A stretch of 64,000 nucleotides of DNA from Spirochaetota bacterium (GTDB lineage: Bacteria > Spirochaetota > UBA12135 > COTS27 > CBDBHE01), in the NCBI GenBank assembly GCA_965205605.1, contig CBDBHE010000008.1, positions 96,001 to 160,000 on the forward strand, written 5' to 3'. Every line of letters starts with the position of its first letter. Position 1 is the stretch's first letter. A program made the translations under genes and the position numbers. Shown one piece after another: positions 1-10,295 of the stretch. Under the pieces are notes generated by a model. That model did not search any database, was not told where the DNA came from, and worked only from the letters and a program-made list of their open reading frames with translations.

Positions 1-1550
1 ACAGCTCCAAGAGAACGACAAAAAACTTCTTTTAAAGCTCTTATGACACCCCCTGTAATTCCTGCTTTTTTACCTTTTAAAAATAATGACTCATCTGTAT
101 TAACTTCACAATTAATCACAGACTCTGCAACTAAAACTTCTTTTTTTGATCTTACATAGCAGTCTTGTAAATATTTAGCCCTCACAGATCCTGATGTACT
201 CACTAATTTTCCAGAAGACTTCCCATTAACCCCTAAAAAAATAGTAATATCCCCTACGGCTTCTATATAACAATTACCAACATTTTTTTTAATTTCAATG
301 TTACCACCTGATTTAATATTATATCCATCTAAAACAGACCTATTAACAACCACCGAACTTAAACTAGTAATATGCCCTGTTTGAGGGCCTACATCTCCTT
401 GTACAACATAAACATCCTTAACATGAAATACTTTTCCTTTTTCAACCACATGACCTGTTACACTAGCCTTCAAATAACGACCATTTGAAGCAACATAAGT
501 ATTTTCTCCACTCTCTAATTGAAATTCTTTCCCTTCAACACAACTAACAATTTCACCATAAACACTCATGCCATCTTTTCCTTTTTGGGGCATAATTTTT
601 TCTAAAATAATCTGATCTTTGACAACACTAACAACCGTACTAACTTCTTTAAAATCAATATTTTCATCATCAGAAATATTACCAAAATCAATCTTATTTT
701 TAAGCTTTAATTTATTAATTAATTGAGCCCCTTTCCCTGCAACCGGTTTTATTCCTTCTGCAACAAGTTGAGGAATATTATAGTTTTTCATTTTTAAAAC
801 AGATTCAATTTTCTTATCATCAAATCCATAAACAACATGCCTTTCATCAAACAAATTTTTTATATCTTCAAGATCGATTTCTCTTCCATCTAATTTAGGG
901 GGAATAATTCGAATAAAAGCTTGCATTCTATTACTTGAAACCTCTAAATAAACTTTCCCATCTTTTAGTGGATCAAACGACCAATCTCCTATTTTTTCTA
1001 ATTTTCCTTTAGATTTTTTTAAAATTAGCTTAAGCATCCTAAGATCAGCATTTTCAATACCTTTTTGACTTAATTTTTGAAGCATCATGGCTTCTGTGAC
1101 TTTTTTACCTTTGCCTTTAGGAGGGTGGACTGCTATATATTTCCCTTGTCTTGTAACAACGATTTCTATTTTTCCATTAAAATTTTTAGATTTTTTCTGC
1201 ATATCAAAATCACTGAAATTTTCAGATCCCCACTCACTTCCAGAAAAATCTTCAGCTCCTTTAGAATGAAATATAAATTTAAAAGGTTTTGACTTCATTC
1301 CAAATAAACCCTTACTTCCTCTTTCAATGATCTCATAATCAAGACGACTAATATCAACTCCTAACTGTTTAGATGCTACCTCAGAAGCAGACTCAATACT
1401 ATCAGCAACAACTTCCAATCTAGAAGACTGATCAATGCTGATGAGTTTATCTTTACCATATTTTGTTTCAAAAAGAGCTCTTAAATTATCAAACTCTTTT
1501 AAATTAACTAAATTTAACTTATTTTGACTTAAATATTCTTTAAAATCCAA
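1..1550 (-). CDS. fapA: FapA/DUF342 family protein with N-terminal Jag_N-like domain (runs off the window start; absent from the ORF track)
   Basis: Manual translation from TTG at 1550 (GAGG upstream at 1561-1564) gives LEVVADSIESASEVASKQLGVDISRLDYEIIERGSKGLFG (Jag_N-like). The window end reads GITGGVIRALKEVFCRSLGA in the same frame (DUF342 beta-helix). Lies downstream of fliA as in spirochetes. Confidence 0.85.
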   Translation of the reverse strand, partial: MDFKEYLSQNKLNLVNLKEFDNLRALFETKYGKDKLISIDQSSRLEVVADSIESASEVASKQLGVDISRLDYEIIERGSKGLFGMKSKPFKFIFHSKGAEDFSGSEWGSENFSDFDMQKKSKNFNGKIEIVVTRQGKYIAVHPPKGKGKKVTEAMMLQKLSQKGIENADLRMLKLILKKSKGKLEKIGDWSFDPLKDGKVYLEVSSNRMQAFIRIIPPKLDGREIDLEDIKNLFDERHVVYGFDDKKIESVLKMKNYNIPQLVAEGIKPVAGKGAQLINKLKLKNKIDFGNISDDENIDFKEVSTVVSVVKDQIILEKIMPQKGKDGMSVYGEIVSCVEGKEFQLESGENTYVASNGRYLKASVTGHVVEKGKVFHVKDVYVVQGDVGPQTGHITSLSSVVVNRSVLDGYNIKSGGNIEIKKNVGNCYIEAVGDITIFLGVNGKSSGKLVSTSGSVRAKYLQDCYVRSKKEVLVAESVINCEVNTDESLFLKGKKAGITGGVIRALKEVFCRSLGA

Positions 1551-1563
1551 AAAAAATAAACCT

Positions 1564-2367
1564 CTATAACAATGATTTTTTAATATCTTCTAAATAAACT
1601 CTTAAATGCCTAATTGCTTTTGTATGAAGTTGAGAAATCCTTGATTCAGTGACATCTAAAACAGCCCCAATTTCTTTTAAAGTTAAATCTTCATAATAAT
1701 ATAAAATAAGGACCTTTTTTTCTCTTTCTGGTAATTTCTGAATTTCTTTTGCAATCGTTTTTTGAATCTCTGCTTTTTCAACAGTATTATAAGGATTTAA
1801 AGAACTAGGCGATTTTATCGTATCTTTAATAGAAACCTCATCATCTTCTTTACCCAAATACCAAACATCATCAAGAGAGCCAATTGTTGAATCATTTGCC
1901 ATATTAGTAATTCGTTCAACTTCAGATAAACTAATTCCTGTTTTTTCAACTAGTTCTTCATTTGTTATTTTTTTATTATATTCTTCTTGATATTTCTTTC
2001 GAATTTCCTCCATGAGCTTAAATTTCTGTCTAACCGATCTTGGCACCCAATCTAAGTTTCTAAGTTCATCATAAATTTGCCCTCTAATACGAGTAATCCC
2101 ATAAGTTTTAAATTTTGTTCCTTTGCTAGGATCATATTTTTCAATCGCATCTAAAAGTCCAAACGTGCCAAATCCTACCAAGTCTTCAAATTCTATATTA
2201 TCTGGAATATTAAAAGCAACTTTTCCAGCCACATATTTAACTAAAGGAGAGTATTTAATAACAAAAAAATGTCGATATTCTTCCTTACTAGTTTTACGAT
2301 ATTCTTTCCAAATTTCAATCTCCCCCTCTTCACTAATATTTAAATCTAATTTAATTTTAACACTCAT
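1564..2367 (-). CDS. fliA: RNA polymerase sigma-28 factor FliA/WhiG
   Basis: DLVGFGTFGLLDAIEKYD, RIRGQIYDELRNLDWVPRSVR and LTLKEIGAVLDVTESRISQLH motifs. Confidence 0.96.
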   Translation of the reverse strand: MSVKIKLDLNISEEGEIEIWKEYRKTSKEEYRHFFVIKYSPLVKYVAGKVAFNIPDNIEFEDLVGFGTFGLLDAIEKYDPSKGTKFKTYGITRIRGQIYDELRNLDWVPRSVRQKFKLMEEIRKKYQEEYNKKITNEELVEKTGISLSEVERITNMANDSTIGSLDDVWYLGKEDDEVSIKDTIKSPSSLNPYNTVEKAEIQKTIAKEIQKLPEREKKVLILYYYEDLTLKEIGAVLDVTESRISQLHTKAIRHLRVYLEDIKKSLL

Positions 2368-2383
2368 TTTCTATCCTTAATAT

Positions 2384-2872
2384 TTACTTATTCATTACTC
2401 TTCTAACAGCTTTAGCCAAAGTAGTGTCTTCTTCTTTTTCTATTCTTTCCATCTCTTGATTCACTTTAGGTTTTATTTTAATTCCTTCTTTCAATGAAGA
2501 ATTAGTCGATTGAGATTTAGAAGAAAATCCTTGCTCTATACCTTCTAAGTTAAAATCTACTTGATTAGTCTTGCTTGTAGAAATATTATTTTCTAAATTA
2601 TCTTCACTAATTGTAATATCAACTTCTTCACCTTTGTTTGGATCTTTACTCTCACTATCTTTTTGATGTGAAGAAAACATAGCATTATAAATTTCAGGAA
2701 CATAACGTTCTAAAAAATACATGATTGCTATAAATAACCCTGTCCAGAGAAATCCAGTTATTAGTGGTTTTAAAATCAAGGCTAAAAAATTACTAAAAAA
2801 TAATATCTGCAGTAAAAAAGAAAAACAAGAAAGAAAGCCTCCAACGTAAAAAGGGATTTTATTTTTAAACAT
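2384..2872 (-). CDS. Hypothetical membrane protein between flhG and fliA (2 N-terminal TM helices, C-terminal LAKAVRRVM motif)
   Basis: ORF with hydrophobic N-terminus, in the position commonly occupied by such a gene in spirochete fla operons. Confidence 0.7.
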   Translation of the reverse strand: MFKNKIPFYVGGFLSCFSFLLQILFFSNFLALILKPLITGFLWTGLFIAIMYFLERYVPEIYNAMFSSHQKDSESKDPNKGEEVDITISEDNLENNISTSKTNQVDFNLEGIEQGFSSKSQSTNSSLKEGIKIKPKVNQEMERIEKEEDTTLAKAVRRVMNK

Positions 2873-2901
2873 TATTTAAATTTTTCAACTCCTTAAAATG
2901 A

Positions 2902-3786
2902 TTAAAAAGTACTAAATATCCTACTTAAAAAACTCTTCTTCTTTTGTTCTAAAAAAAAGTCATTATCTAATTTTTTTAAAAGATTGTCACTTAAATCCTT
3001 AATTGAAACAGAGCATTTTGCTTCTTTATTAAAACAAACATATGGAATTCTTTTATAAAGAGCACGAGTAACGATTTCATCTTGAAAAACCATTCCCACA
3101 TAATCAATAGAAACTTTCAAGTATTTAAGTGAAATATCTTTGATTTTTTTACTTACTTCCTGACCTTCTTTAATAGAATCAACCCGATTAACAATTAAAT
3201 TAATATTAGCAATATTTGATTTTAAAGATAACACCTTAATCATCCCATAAGCATCAGTAATAGCTGTTGGTTCAGGTGTTGTGACCACAAGTACCATATT
3301 TGCTAACCTCAAAAAAGAAATAACATTATCAGATATCCCTGCACTCAAATCAATTATAATCAAATTATAATCTTTTAAATAGCTTAACTGTCCCATTAAA
3401 AGCATTTTTTCTTCATTTGCTAAATTAGAAAGCTCATGGAATCCAGTCCCCCCAGAAATAATATCTAAATTATACTTTGTTTTACAGATGACTTCTTTTA
3501 AAGAACGTTCTCCTTTAAAAACATCATAAAGATTATATTTTGGTACAGCCCCTAAAAGAATATTGACATTTGAAAGACCAAGATCAGCATCAAAAACAAG
3601 TGTTTTTTTATGTCGAGAAAACAAAATTCCCAAATTAACTGCCAAACTTGTTTTTCCAACTCCTCCTTTTCCAGAAGCAATCGCAATGACTTTTTGATTG
3701 ACTTGACGCTGATCAATAAGTTTTGAATATTCTGCTTTTCTTTTTTGCTCAACGATCTTTTTTAAAATAGCTGCTTGATTAATCAT
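2902..3786 (-). CDS. flhG: MinD-like flagellar number regulator FlhG/FleN
   Basis: NQAAIL start, ASGKGGVGKT deviant Walker A, DADLGLSN, TTPEPTAITDAY; directly after flhF. Confidence 0.93.
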   Translation of the reverse strand: MINQAAILKKIVEQKRKAEYSKLIDQRQVNQKVIAIASGKGGVGKTSLAVNLGILFSRHKKTLVFDADLGLSNVNILLGAVPKYNLYDVFKGERSLKEVICKTKYNLDIISGGTGFHELSNLANEEKMLLMGQLSYLKDYNLIIIDLSAGISDNVISFLRLANMVLVVTTPEPTAITDAYGMIKVLSLKSNIANINLIVNRVDSIKEGQEVSKKIKDISLKYLKVSIDYVGMVFQDEIVTRALYKRIPYVCFNKEAKCSVSIKDLSDNLLKKLDNDFFLEQKKKSFLSRIFSTF

Positions 3787-5051
3787 ATCCACTCCTTTAA
3801 AAGAAGCTCTTCTAATAAAGAAGCTTCCAGCAATAAAATATCATTTGGGACATCTTGACCGTTGGTTAAAAAAGAAAGAGGGACTTTTAATTCGTAAGCC
3901 ATACTTAAAACAGAACCTAAACTATAAGATTCGTCTGTTTTAGTGATCAATAAGCGATCAAAATTAGTATTTGAAAAAGGGTCAACGATTTTCAGGAGAT
4001 CATTATAACGAAAAGAAGCGTTTAAACAAAGATAAACTTCTTTTGGATACCCTAAAAAATTTACAAAATCACTAAGTTCTTCTAAATGAAGTTTGTCATG
4101 TTGACTGGTACCTGCGGTATCAATAAAAATTAATTGTTTATTAATATATTTTTTAACTAATTTTTGAAGTTCATCTTTTTCATAAAGTACACTAAAAGGC
4201 ACCCCCATAATATGAGCATATTTTTCAAGTTGAGCAGTTGCCATGATTCTTCTAATATCAAAGGTAGCCATAACAATAGATTTGCTTTCTTTGACATAAA
4301 GCCTTGAAGCGATTTTAGCCAAAGTCGTTGTTTTCCCTACGCCTGTGGGGCCTACAAAAAAAAGAATGTTTGGATTAGCCGAATAAATTTTAACATCTCT
4401 CATGTATTCATATTGATGGCTAATAAAAGAAGCTAATTTTTTTTTATTTTCTTTAAAAGACACATCATTCAAATCCATTTTTTGACTGATTTCAAAAGCA
4501 AATTTTTTACTAAAATCTCGCTCTATTAAAAAATTAAAAACATTACTTTTTTTTACTTGAATCGTATCTAACAAATTGTCTTTTTTCTCTTTTTTTATCG
4601 ATTCTTTTTTTTCCAAAAATTCATCTTGATTTAAAATAAAATTAGATTCTTTTTTTTGTCTACCAAAGTTTTCTTTTTTAACAGCGATCATTTCTTGAAG
4701 CTGACTTAATTTTTTACTTCTTTCTTGAAAGTAAGTTTTATTAAACAAATCTTTTTCTCTATTTTCATACCCTTCTAACATTTCTTGCAAAAAATCATTA
4801 GAATTTATTTTTTTATTGGTTTTGATTAAATTTTCTTGTGATTTAAAAGGTAAATAATGATTTGTTTTCTTATAAGCAAGATTATCTAAAATTCCTGCTT
4901 GTATTTCAACAAAACGTTCTTTTTTTAAACCAAAAAATTTAGATTTCACAATATCATTTCTTTTTAAGATATAAGCATTAATCCCAAGAGTCATAATCAT
5001 TTTTTTCTTAGCTTCTTCAAAATTTTTAGCTACAAATCTTTTATATTCCAT
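3783..5051 (-). CDS. flhF: SRP-family GTPase FlhF
   Basis: GPTGVGKTTTLAKIA, DTAG, TKTDE, NGQDVPND; probable ATG at 5051. Confidence 0.94.
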   Translation of the reverse strand: MEYKRFVAKNFEEAKKKMIMTLGINAYILKRNDIVKSKFFGLKKERFVEIQAGILDNLAYKKTNHYLPFKSQENLIKTNKKINSNDFLQEMLEGYENREKDLFNKTYFQERSKKLSQLQEMIAVKKENFGRQKKESNFILNQDEFLEKKESIKKEKKDNLLDTIQVKKSNVFNFLIERDFSKKFAFEISQKMDLNDVSFKENKKKLASFISHQYEYMRDVKIYSANPNILFFVGPTGVGKTTTLAKIASRLYVKESKSIVMATFDIRRIMATAQLEKYAHIMGVPFSVLYEKDELQKLVKKYINKQLIFIDTAGTSQHDKLHLEELSDFVNFLGYPKEVYLCLNASFRYNDLLKIVDPFSNTNFDRLLITKTDESYSLGSVLSMAYELKVPLSFLTNGQDVPNDILLLEASLLEELLLKEWI

Positions 5052-5074
5052 AAATATTTCCCTTTCTTTTTTTA

Positions 5075-7171
5075 TCAAAGCGTATAAACCACATTAATAT
5101 TATACCCATCTGCAACTTCATTTAAAGAAAGGATATTAAGATTTTTAAAATACCTAAACAAAAGATTTTTAAGAGGTTTTCTAAGCAAAGGGTCTACAAT
5201 CATCAAATCATCAAACCCTTTTTGACGCACTTCTTTAATAGCAACATCAATTCTATCAATAAACTTAGAAAGAATATCTGTTGATATGTTAAGCACACTT
5301 TGAGTTCCTTCCATTTCTGTAATACGATTTACAAGTTCATTTTCTAACTCAGGGGAAAAAACGATTCCATTTAAATTTTTTCCTTTATCTGCCAAACTAG
5401 CAGATATTTGTCTTTTTAATGTCGCTCTTACATACTCTGCAAGCATTTCATGTTCAGAAACAATAGAAGCATGATCACAAATGACTTCTAAAATCAAACT
5501 AATGTTTCTAATAGAAACTCTTTCTTTTAAAAGTTCTTTTAAGATTTTTTGGATATCCCCAACTTTAATTTGCAACTTATCCATTTCCTCTAAAAGGCTT
5601 GGATTTTTCTTTTTGATATTTTCTAAAATACTTTTCACTTCTTTTCTACCCATAATTTCATGGGCATTTCTTTTAATGACTTCTGTTAAGTGAGTGGCAA
5701 CAATTGTCGGCCCATCAACAACGGTAAATCCTTTTTTCTCCACATCTTCCTTTTCATTTTCTTCAATCCAATGTGCCCTGAGATCAAAAACAGGTTCTTT
5801 GATGACTTCCTTACCTTCTAAAATAGCTTCTGTTCCTGAAGTATTCATTGCCAAAAATTGATTAATTTTAATTGAAGAGCGCCCCACTTCTCCACCACTT
5901 ATTTTGATCACATATTCATCTGCTTCAAGTTGCATATTATCTGTAATGCGTAATTGAGGTACAATAACACCTAAGTCTAAAACAATTTGCTTTCTACTTT
6001 TTTTAATTCTCTCTAATAAATCACCACCCGATTTTTTATCTACTAAAGGAATCAATCCATAACCTAATTCAATCTCAAGTGGATCAACACTAACAAGATC
6101 TACCATTTTTTCAGGAGTAAACTCATCTTCTTGTTTAATTTCATCTGCTTCAGATTTTAGCTCTCCTTTAATTTCTTCTTCTCTTTTTTGTTTACTAATG
6201 TAATAACCTATATAAGTCATCAAACCAGAAGCCGATAAAAAAACCACCGTTGGAAAGCCTGGTATAAAACCAAGGACTCCCACAAAACCACCTGTAACAT
6301 ACAATATTTTAGGGTTGGTAAATAATTGATTCGATAAATCACTTCCCAAAGTACCCACAGAAACCGAACGTGTAACAACAACCCCTGTTGCCGTTGCCAC
6401 TAAAAGAGAAGGTATTTGAGAAACAAGTCCATCTCCAACTGCAAGCATGACATAACTTTGAAGAGCTTCTTGAAACCCTTCACTACGAACAACCATCCCT
6501 ACAACGATTCCTCCAATAATATTAACAAGAGTAATCACAATACCAAGACGTACATCTCCTGAAACAAATTTAGTAGCACCATCCATGTTTCCATAAAAAT
6601 CTGCCTCTTCTTGAATCGCTCTCCTTCTAGTAAGGGCTTCTTTTTCTGTAATAAGCCCTGCATTCAAATCTGCATCAATAGCCATTTGCTTCCCCGGTAA
6701 CGAATCCAACTTAAACCTGGCGCTCACTTCTGAAACCCTCGTTGCTCCTTTTGTAATGACCATAAACTGAGCCGCTGTGATAATAATAAATATAATAAAG
6801 CCAATCACATAACTCCCACCAACAACAAACTCTGCAAAAGTACGCACTACTTTTCCTTCAAAACCCGCCCCTTGTGTCAAAATAAGACGAGTCGATGAAA
6901 CATTAACTGCCAAGCGAAAAACAGTAGAAAACAAAAGAATCGTTGGAAAAACAGAAAATTCTAAAACTGATTTTGAATACATCGTTGTTAAAATAATCAT
7001 CAAAGCAGCTATCAAATTAACCAGCATTAAAAAATCTAAAAAAACAGTCGGTAATGGAATAATCAACATTGCCAAAACAAAAATAACCCCAATCGATAAA
7101 AGGATATCTTTATTTTTAACCAAACTTAAAATTGAATTATAGGAAAGAACATTCGTTGAACTTTGAGCCAT
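5075..7171 (-). CDS. flhA: Flagellar export apparatus protein FlhA
   Basis: VITKGATRVSEVSARFKLDSLPGKQMAIDADL, EADFYGNMDGATKFV, GDGLVSQIP. Confidence 0.98.
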   Translation of the reverse strand: MAQSSTNVLSYNSILSLVKNKDILLSIGVIFVLAMLIIPLPTVFLDFLMLVNLIAALMIILTTMYSKSVLEFSVFPTILLFSTVFRLAVNVSSTRLILTQGAGFEGKVVRTFAEFVVGGSYVIGFIIFIIITAAQFMVITKGATRVSEVSARFKLDSLPGKQMAIDADLNAGLITEKEALTRRRAIQEEADFYGNMDGATKFVSGDVRLGIVITLVNIIGGIVVGMVVRSEGFQEALQSYVMLAVGDGLVSQIPSLLVATATGVVVTRSVSVGTLGSDLSNQLFTNPKILYVTGGFVGVLGFIPGFPTVVFLSASGLMTYIGYYISKQKREEEIKGELKSEADEIKQEDEFTPEKMVDLVSVDPLEIELGYGLIPLVDKKSGGDLLERIKKSRKQIVLDLGVIVPQLRITDNMQLEADEYVIKISGGEVGRSSIKINQFLAMNTSGTEAILEGKEVIKEPVFDLRAHWIEENEKEDVEKKGFTVVDGPTIVATHLTEVIKRNAHEIMGRKEVKSILENIKKKNPSLLEEMDKLQIKVGDIQKILKELLKERVSIRNISLILEVICDHASIVSEHEMLAEYVRATLKRQISASLADKGKNLNGIVFSPELENELVNRITEMEGTQSVLNISTDILSKFIDRIDVAIKEVRQKGFDDLMIVDPLLRKPLKNLLFRYFKNLNILSLNEVADGYNINVVYTL

Positions 7172-7196
7172 TGTTATTTTAAAACCTTCTTACTTT

Positions 7197-8384
7197 TTAA
7201 TTCCTTTTATATTTATTAAGTATTGATAAAATTTCAGCAACAGCCGCATAAAAGTCAGGAGGAATGTAATCATTGATATCCACGCTATTATAAAGTCCTC
7301 TTGCCAAAGGCTTGTTTTCAATAATTAAAATATTTTCTTCTTTAGCAATTTGTTTGATTTTTTGAGCCATCAAATCAACTCCCTTAGCAAGTAGTTTTGG
7401 AGCATTCATCAAAAAAGGGTCATAAGAAAGAGCACAAGCATAATGAGTAGGGTTTGTAATCACAACATCCGCATCCCTAGCCTCCTTTAACATATTACGA
7501 TTAGCAAGTTCTTTGGCTCTTTCTTTTTGCTTTTGTTTGATTTCAGGATTTCCTTCTAGTTCTTTCATTTCTTCTTTAATGTCTTCTTTAGACATTTTTA
7601 ATTGCTCTAGATATTCAGCTCTTTGAATAAACCAATCAGGTATAGCAATCATTAAAAAGAAAACTAAAGTTAATGAAACAAACTGAAACGTCCACTGGCT
7701 AGCTTTTACTAATGAAAATAACACTTCCCCTTTAACAAGAAGAACGATTTCCTCAAAGCGAAAAACAATAAAAAAATAACAAATTAGCCCTACAACAAAA
7801 ATCTTAAAATAAGACTTAATCAAATTAAAAACTTGTGTTCTAGAAAAAATAGTTTTTTTAACAAAATTATTCCAACTAATAGCCACTCGATTAAAATCAA
7901 GCCTAAGGCTTTTAGTTGAAACATGAAATCTTGTTTGTATCATCGTTCCCAAAACAACACTCACAATAGCAACAGCTCCAACTGGAAGCATTATTTTTAA
8001 GAAAAAAATAATATTTTTAGAAAATAAAACCTGAATACTTTCTTTTGAAACCTCTATTTGATTGGGATTGTATAAATAAAGAATAAAATACTCTCTAAAT
8101 TCATTTAAATAATAACTACTCATTAAAGCAACTAAGGAAAAAACAACAAACACTACAACTGACTGCGGTATTTCTTGAGTTAAAAAAACTCTTCCTTCTT
8201 CTTCTTTTGCCTTTTTCTTTTTTCTTTCAGTTGGCTCTTCTGTTCTTCCCTCATCTTCAGCTGCATGAAGAGATAAATCATAGTCAAAATGACCCAATTG
8301 AGCTAAATTTTTTAAAGAAGCCTTAAAGCTAGAAAATAAAAAAGGTTCTAATTTAATTAAATTAGTCTCTTCACTTGTTTTCAT
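7197..8384 (-). CDS. flhB: Flagellar export switch protein FlhB
   Basis: AAEDEGRTEEPT N-terminal motif and VVITNPTHY autocleavage motif. Confidence 0.97.
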   Translation of the reverse strand: MKTSEETNLIKLEPFLFSSFKASLKNLAQLGHFDYDLSLHAAEDEGRTEEPTERKKKKAKEEEGRVFLTQEIPQSVVVFVVFSLVALMSSYYLNEFREYFILYLYNPNQIEVSKESIQVLFSKNIIFFLKIMLPVGAVAIVSVVLGTMIQTRFHVSTKSLRLDFNRVAISWNNFVKKTIFSRTQVFNLIKSYFKIFVVGLICYFFIVFRFEEIVLLVKGEVLFSLVKASQWTFQFVSLTLVFFLMIAIPDWFIQRAEYLEQLKMSKEDIKEEMKELEGNPEIKQKQKERAKELANRNMLKEARDADVVITNPTHYACALSYDPFLMNAPKLLAKGVDLMAQKIKQIAKEENILIIENKPLARGLYNSVDINDYIPPDFYAAVAEILSILNKYKRN

Positions 8385-9160
8385 ATTTTTTTAAATCCCT
8401 CAAATAGTTTCATAATATCGTTGATCGTACTAAAAAAAGCACCTTCAAAAAAACCAACCACAAAAGGAAGAATCGCAATCACCATAATCAAACCAACCAT
8501 TAAATGAATCGGTAACCCTAAAATCATAATATTTGCTTGTGGAGCTGCTTTTCCAATAAGTCCCAACGCTACAACCACTATCAAAGAAGACACAATCACA
8601 GGAAGCGCTATTTTTAAAGCAAGTGTAAACATAATACCAAAATACTTAATGGCTTCATTCATAATAAGCTCTCCATTACCAATCATATCAACAGCCGGTA
8701 TTAATTTATAACTATCCACCACCACTTTGATCACTAAATGAACCCCCCCAATAATCAAAAACATCAACATAACAGCTGTATTGAAAAAATAACCAAACAA
8801 AGGCGTTTCTTCTTGCGTCAGAGGATCAATGATTTGAGACATCCCAAAGCCTACCTGCGTAGAAAAAAATTGTGTACTCAATTGAAAAGAAGTGAAAATA
8901 AGTAAAATAAAAAAACCAATCATCGCTCCTAATAAAAACTCTTTAACTAATATAATAAAATAAAGAAACATCGATTCTGGTAAATCTTTCAAATAAGTTG
9001 AAAGCCATGGAAAAACACAAAGAACAATAAAAAAAGCCAAAACTAAACGATAGCGCACTAGTAATACATTCGAACTAATAACAGGAGCAATAAAAAAAAT
9101 CGCACTCACCCGCATAAAAACAATGAGAAAAACTTGAAAAGAATGTAAAAAAAAATCCAT
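8381..9160 (-). CDS. fliR: Flagellar export protein FliR
   Basis: Hydrophobic protein with QVGFGMSQIIDP and KAAPQANIMILGLP; operon position. Confidence 0.95.
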   Translation of the reverse strand: MDFFLHSFQVFLIVFMRVSAIFFIAPVISSNVLLVRYRLVLAFFIVLCVFPWLSTYLKDLPESMFLYFIILVKEFLLGAMIGFFILLIFTSFQLSTQFFSTQVGFGMSQIIDPLTQEETPLFGYFFNTAVMLMFLIIGGVHLVIKVVVDSYKLIPAVDMIGNGELIMNEAIKYFGIMFTLALKIALPVIVSSLIVVVALGLIGKAAPQANIMILGLPIHLMVGLIMVIAILPFVVGFFEGAFFSTINDIMKLFEGFKKI

Positions 9161-9172
9161 TGATTTCTCTCC

Positions 9173-9448
9173 CTATCCTCCTAAACCAATATTAGGGATT
9201 GTGCCAAAAAGATCCATGGTGTAATTTACTAACCTGCCAATAATAAAATAAGAAAAATAAATAAGAGATAATAAAATTACTACTATTTTAGGAACAAACG
9301 TAAGTGTCTGTTCTTGAATCGAAGTCGTTGTCTGAATAATAGAAATAATAAGCCCTATCCCCACACTTAAAACTAAAACAGGTCCTGACACAATGATAAT
9401 TACCATCACCGCTTCTCTTAAAAGATCAATTACACTAGAATCTGTCAT
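9173..9448 (-). CDS. fliQ: Flagellar export protein FliQ
   Basis: QTTTSIQEQTLTFVPK; probable start ATG 9448 behind a purine-rich RBS (the ORF track overextends it). Confidence 0.95.
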   Translation of the reverse strand: MTDSSVIDLLREAVMVIIIVSGPVLVLSVGIGLIISIIQTTTSIQEQTLTFVPKIVVILLSLIYFSYFIIGRLVNYTMDLFGTIPNIGLGG

Positions 9449-9476
9449 TCCTTCTCCCTCTCTGTTTTTTTCATCA

Positions 9477-10241
9477 CTAAATATTAAAAGACTTAACCAC
9501 TTGAAGCGTAATAAGATGCCAACCATCTACCAATACAAAAAGAATGATTTTAAAAGGAAGTGATATCATTACCGGAGGCACCATAATCATTCCCATAGAC
9601 ATCAAAATACTAGCAACAATCATATCAATGACAATAAATGGAATAAATAAATAAACCCCTATTTTAAAAGCAATTGTAATTTCACTAATAATAAAAGCAG
9701 GGATTAAAGAAATCATATTCACTTCTTTTTCATTACTAGGTCTTTCATTTCCACTTAAATAAATAAAAAGATCAATGTCTTTTTCTCTTGTTTGCCTTAA
9801 CATAAAATCCTTGATAGGAGAAATCGATTTCTCAAAAAAATCAGCTGTTTTGATCTTTTTTTGACTATAAGGAAGATAAGCTTCATTGTAAACACGTGTG
9901 AAAGTAGGTGCCATAATAAAAAAAGTAATAAATAAAGCCAATCCCAAAATAACCTGATTGGGAGGTTCTTGCTGAAGCGATAAGGCTCTTTGAATAAATT
10001 TCAAAACAATAGAAACTCTTATAAATGAAGTCATCATAATAATAATCGAAGGAGCAATACTTAAAATCGTTAATAAAAGAAGAACCTGTAAAGCAACTGA
10101 AACTTCCCCTTGATTCTTAGCTGATCTAAGGCCAATATCAAAAAAAGGAATAGGAAATTGCTGAGAAAAAACACTTCCCCAAAGTAAAAAGAAAAAAATA
10201 AATGAAAGCTTAAACCAATTAAGCTTTTTTTTAAAAACCAT
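9477..10241 (-). CDS. fliP: Flagellar export pore protein FliP
   Basis: MMTSFIR, QQEPPNQV, MGMIMVPPVMISLPFKIILFVLVDGW; ATG 10241 after GGAGGGG. Confidence 0.97.
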   Translation of the reverse strand: MVFKKKLNWFKLSFIFFFLLWGSVFSQQFPIPFFDIGLRSAKNQGEVSVALQVLLLLTILSIAPSIIIMMTSFIRVSIVLKFIQRALSLQQEPPNQVILGLALFITFFIMAPTFTRVYNEAYLPYSQKKIKTADFFEKSISPIKDFMLRQTREKDIDLFIYLSGNERPSNEKEVNMISLIPAFIISEITIAFKIGVYLFIPFIVIDMIVASILMSMGMIMVPPVMISLPFKIILFVLVDGWHLITLQVVKSFNI

Positions 10242-10295
10242 AACCCCTCCCAAAATTATAAATTACTTATTTTTAAAAATTTAGCAAACTCATTT

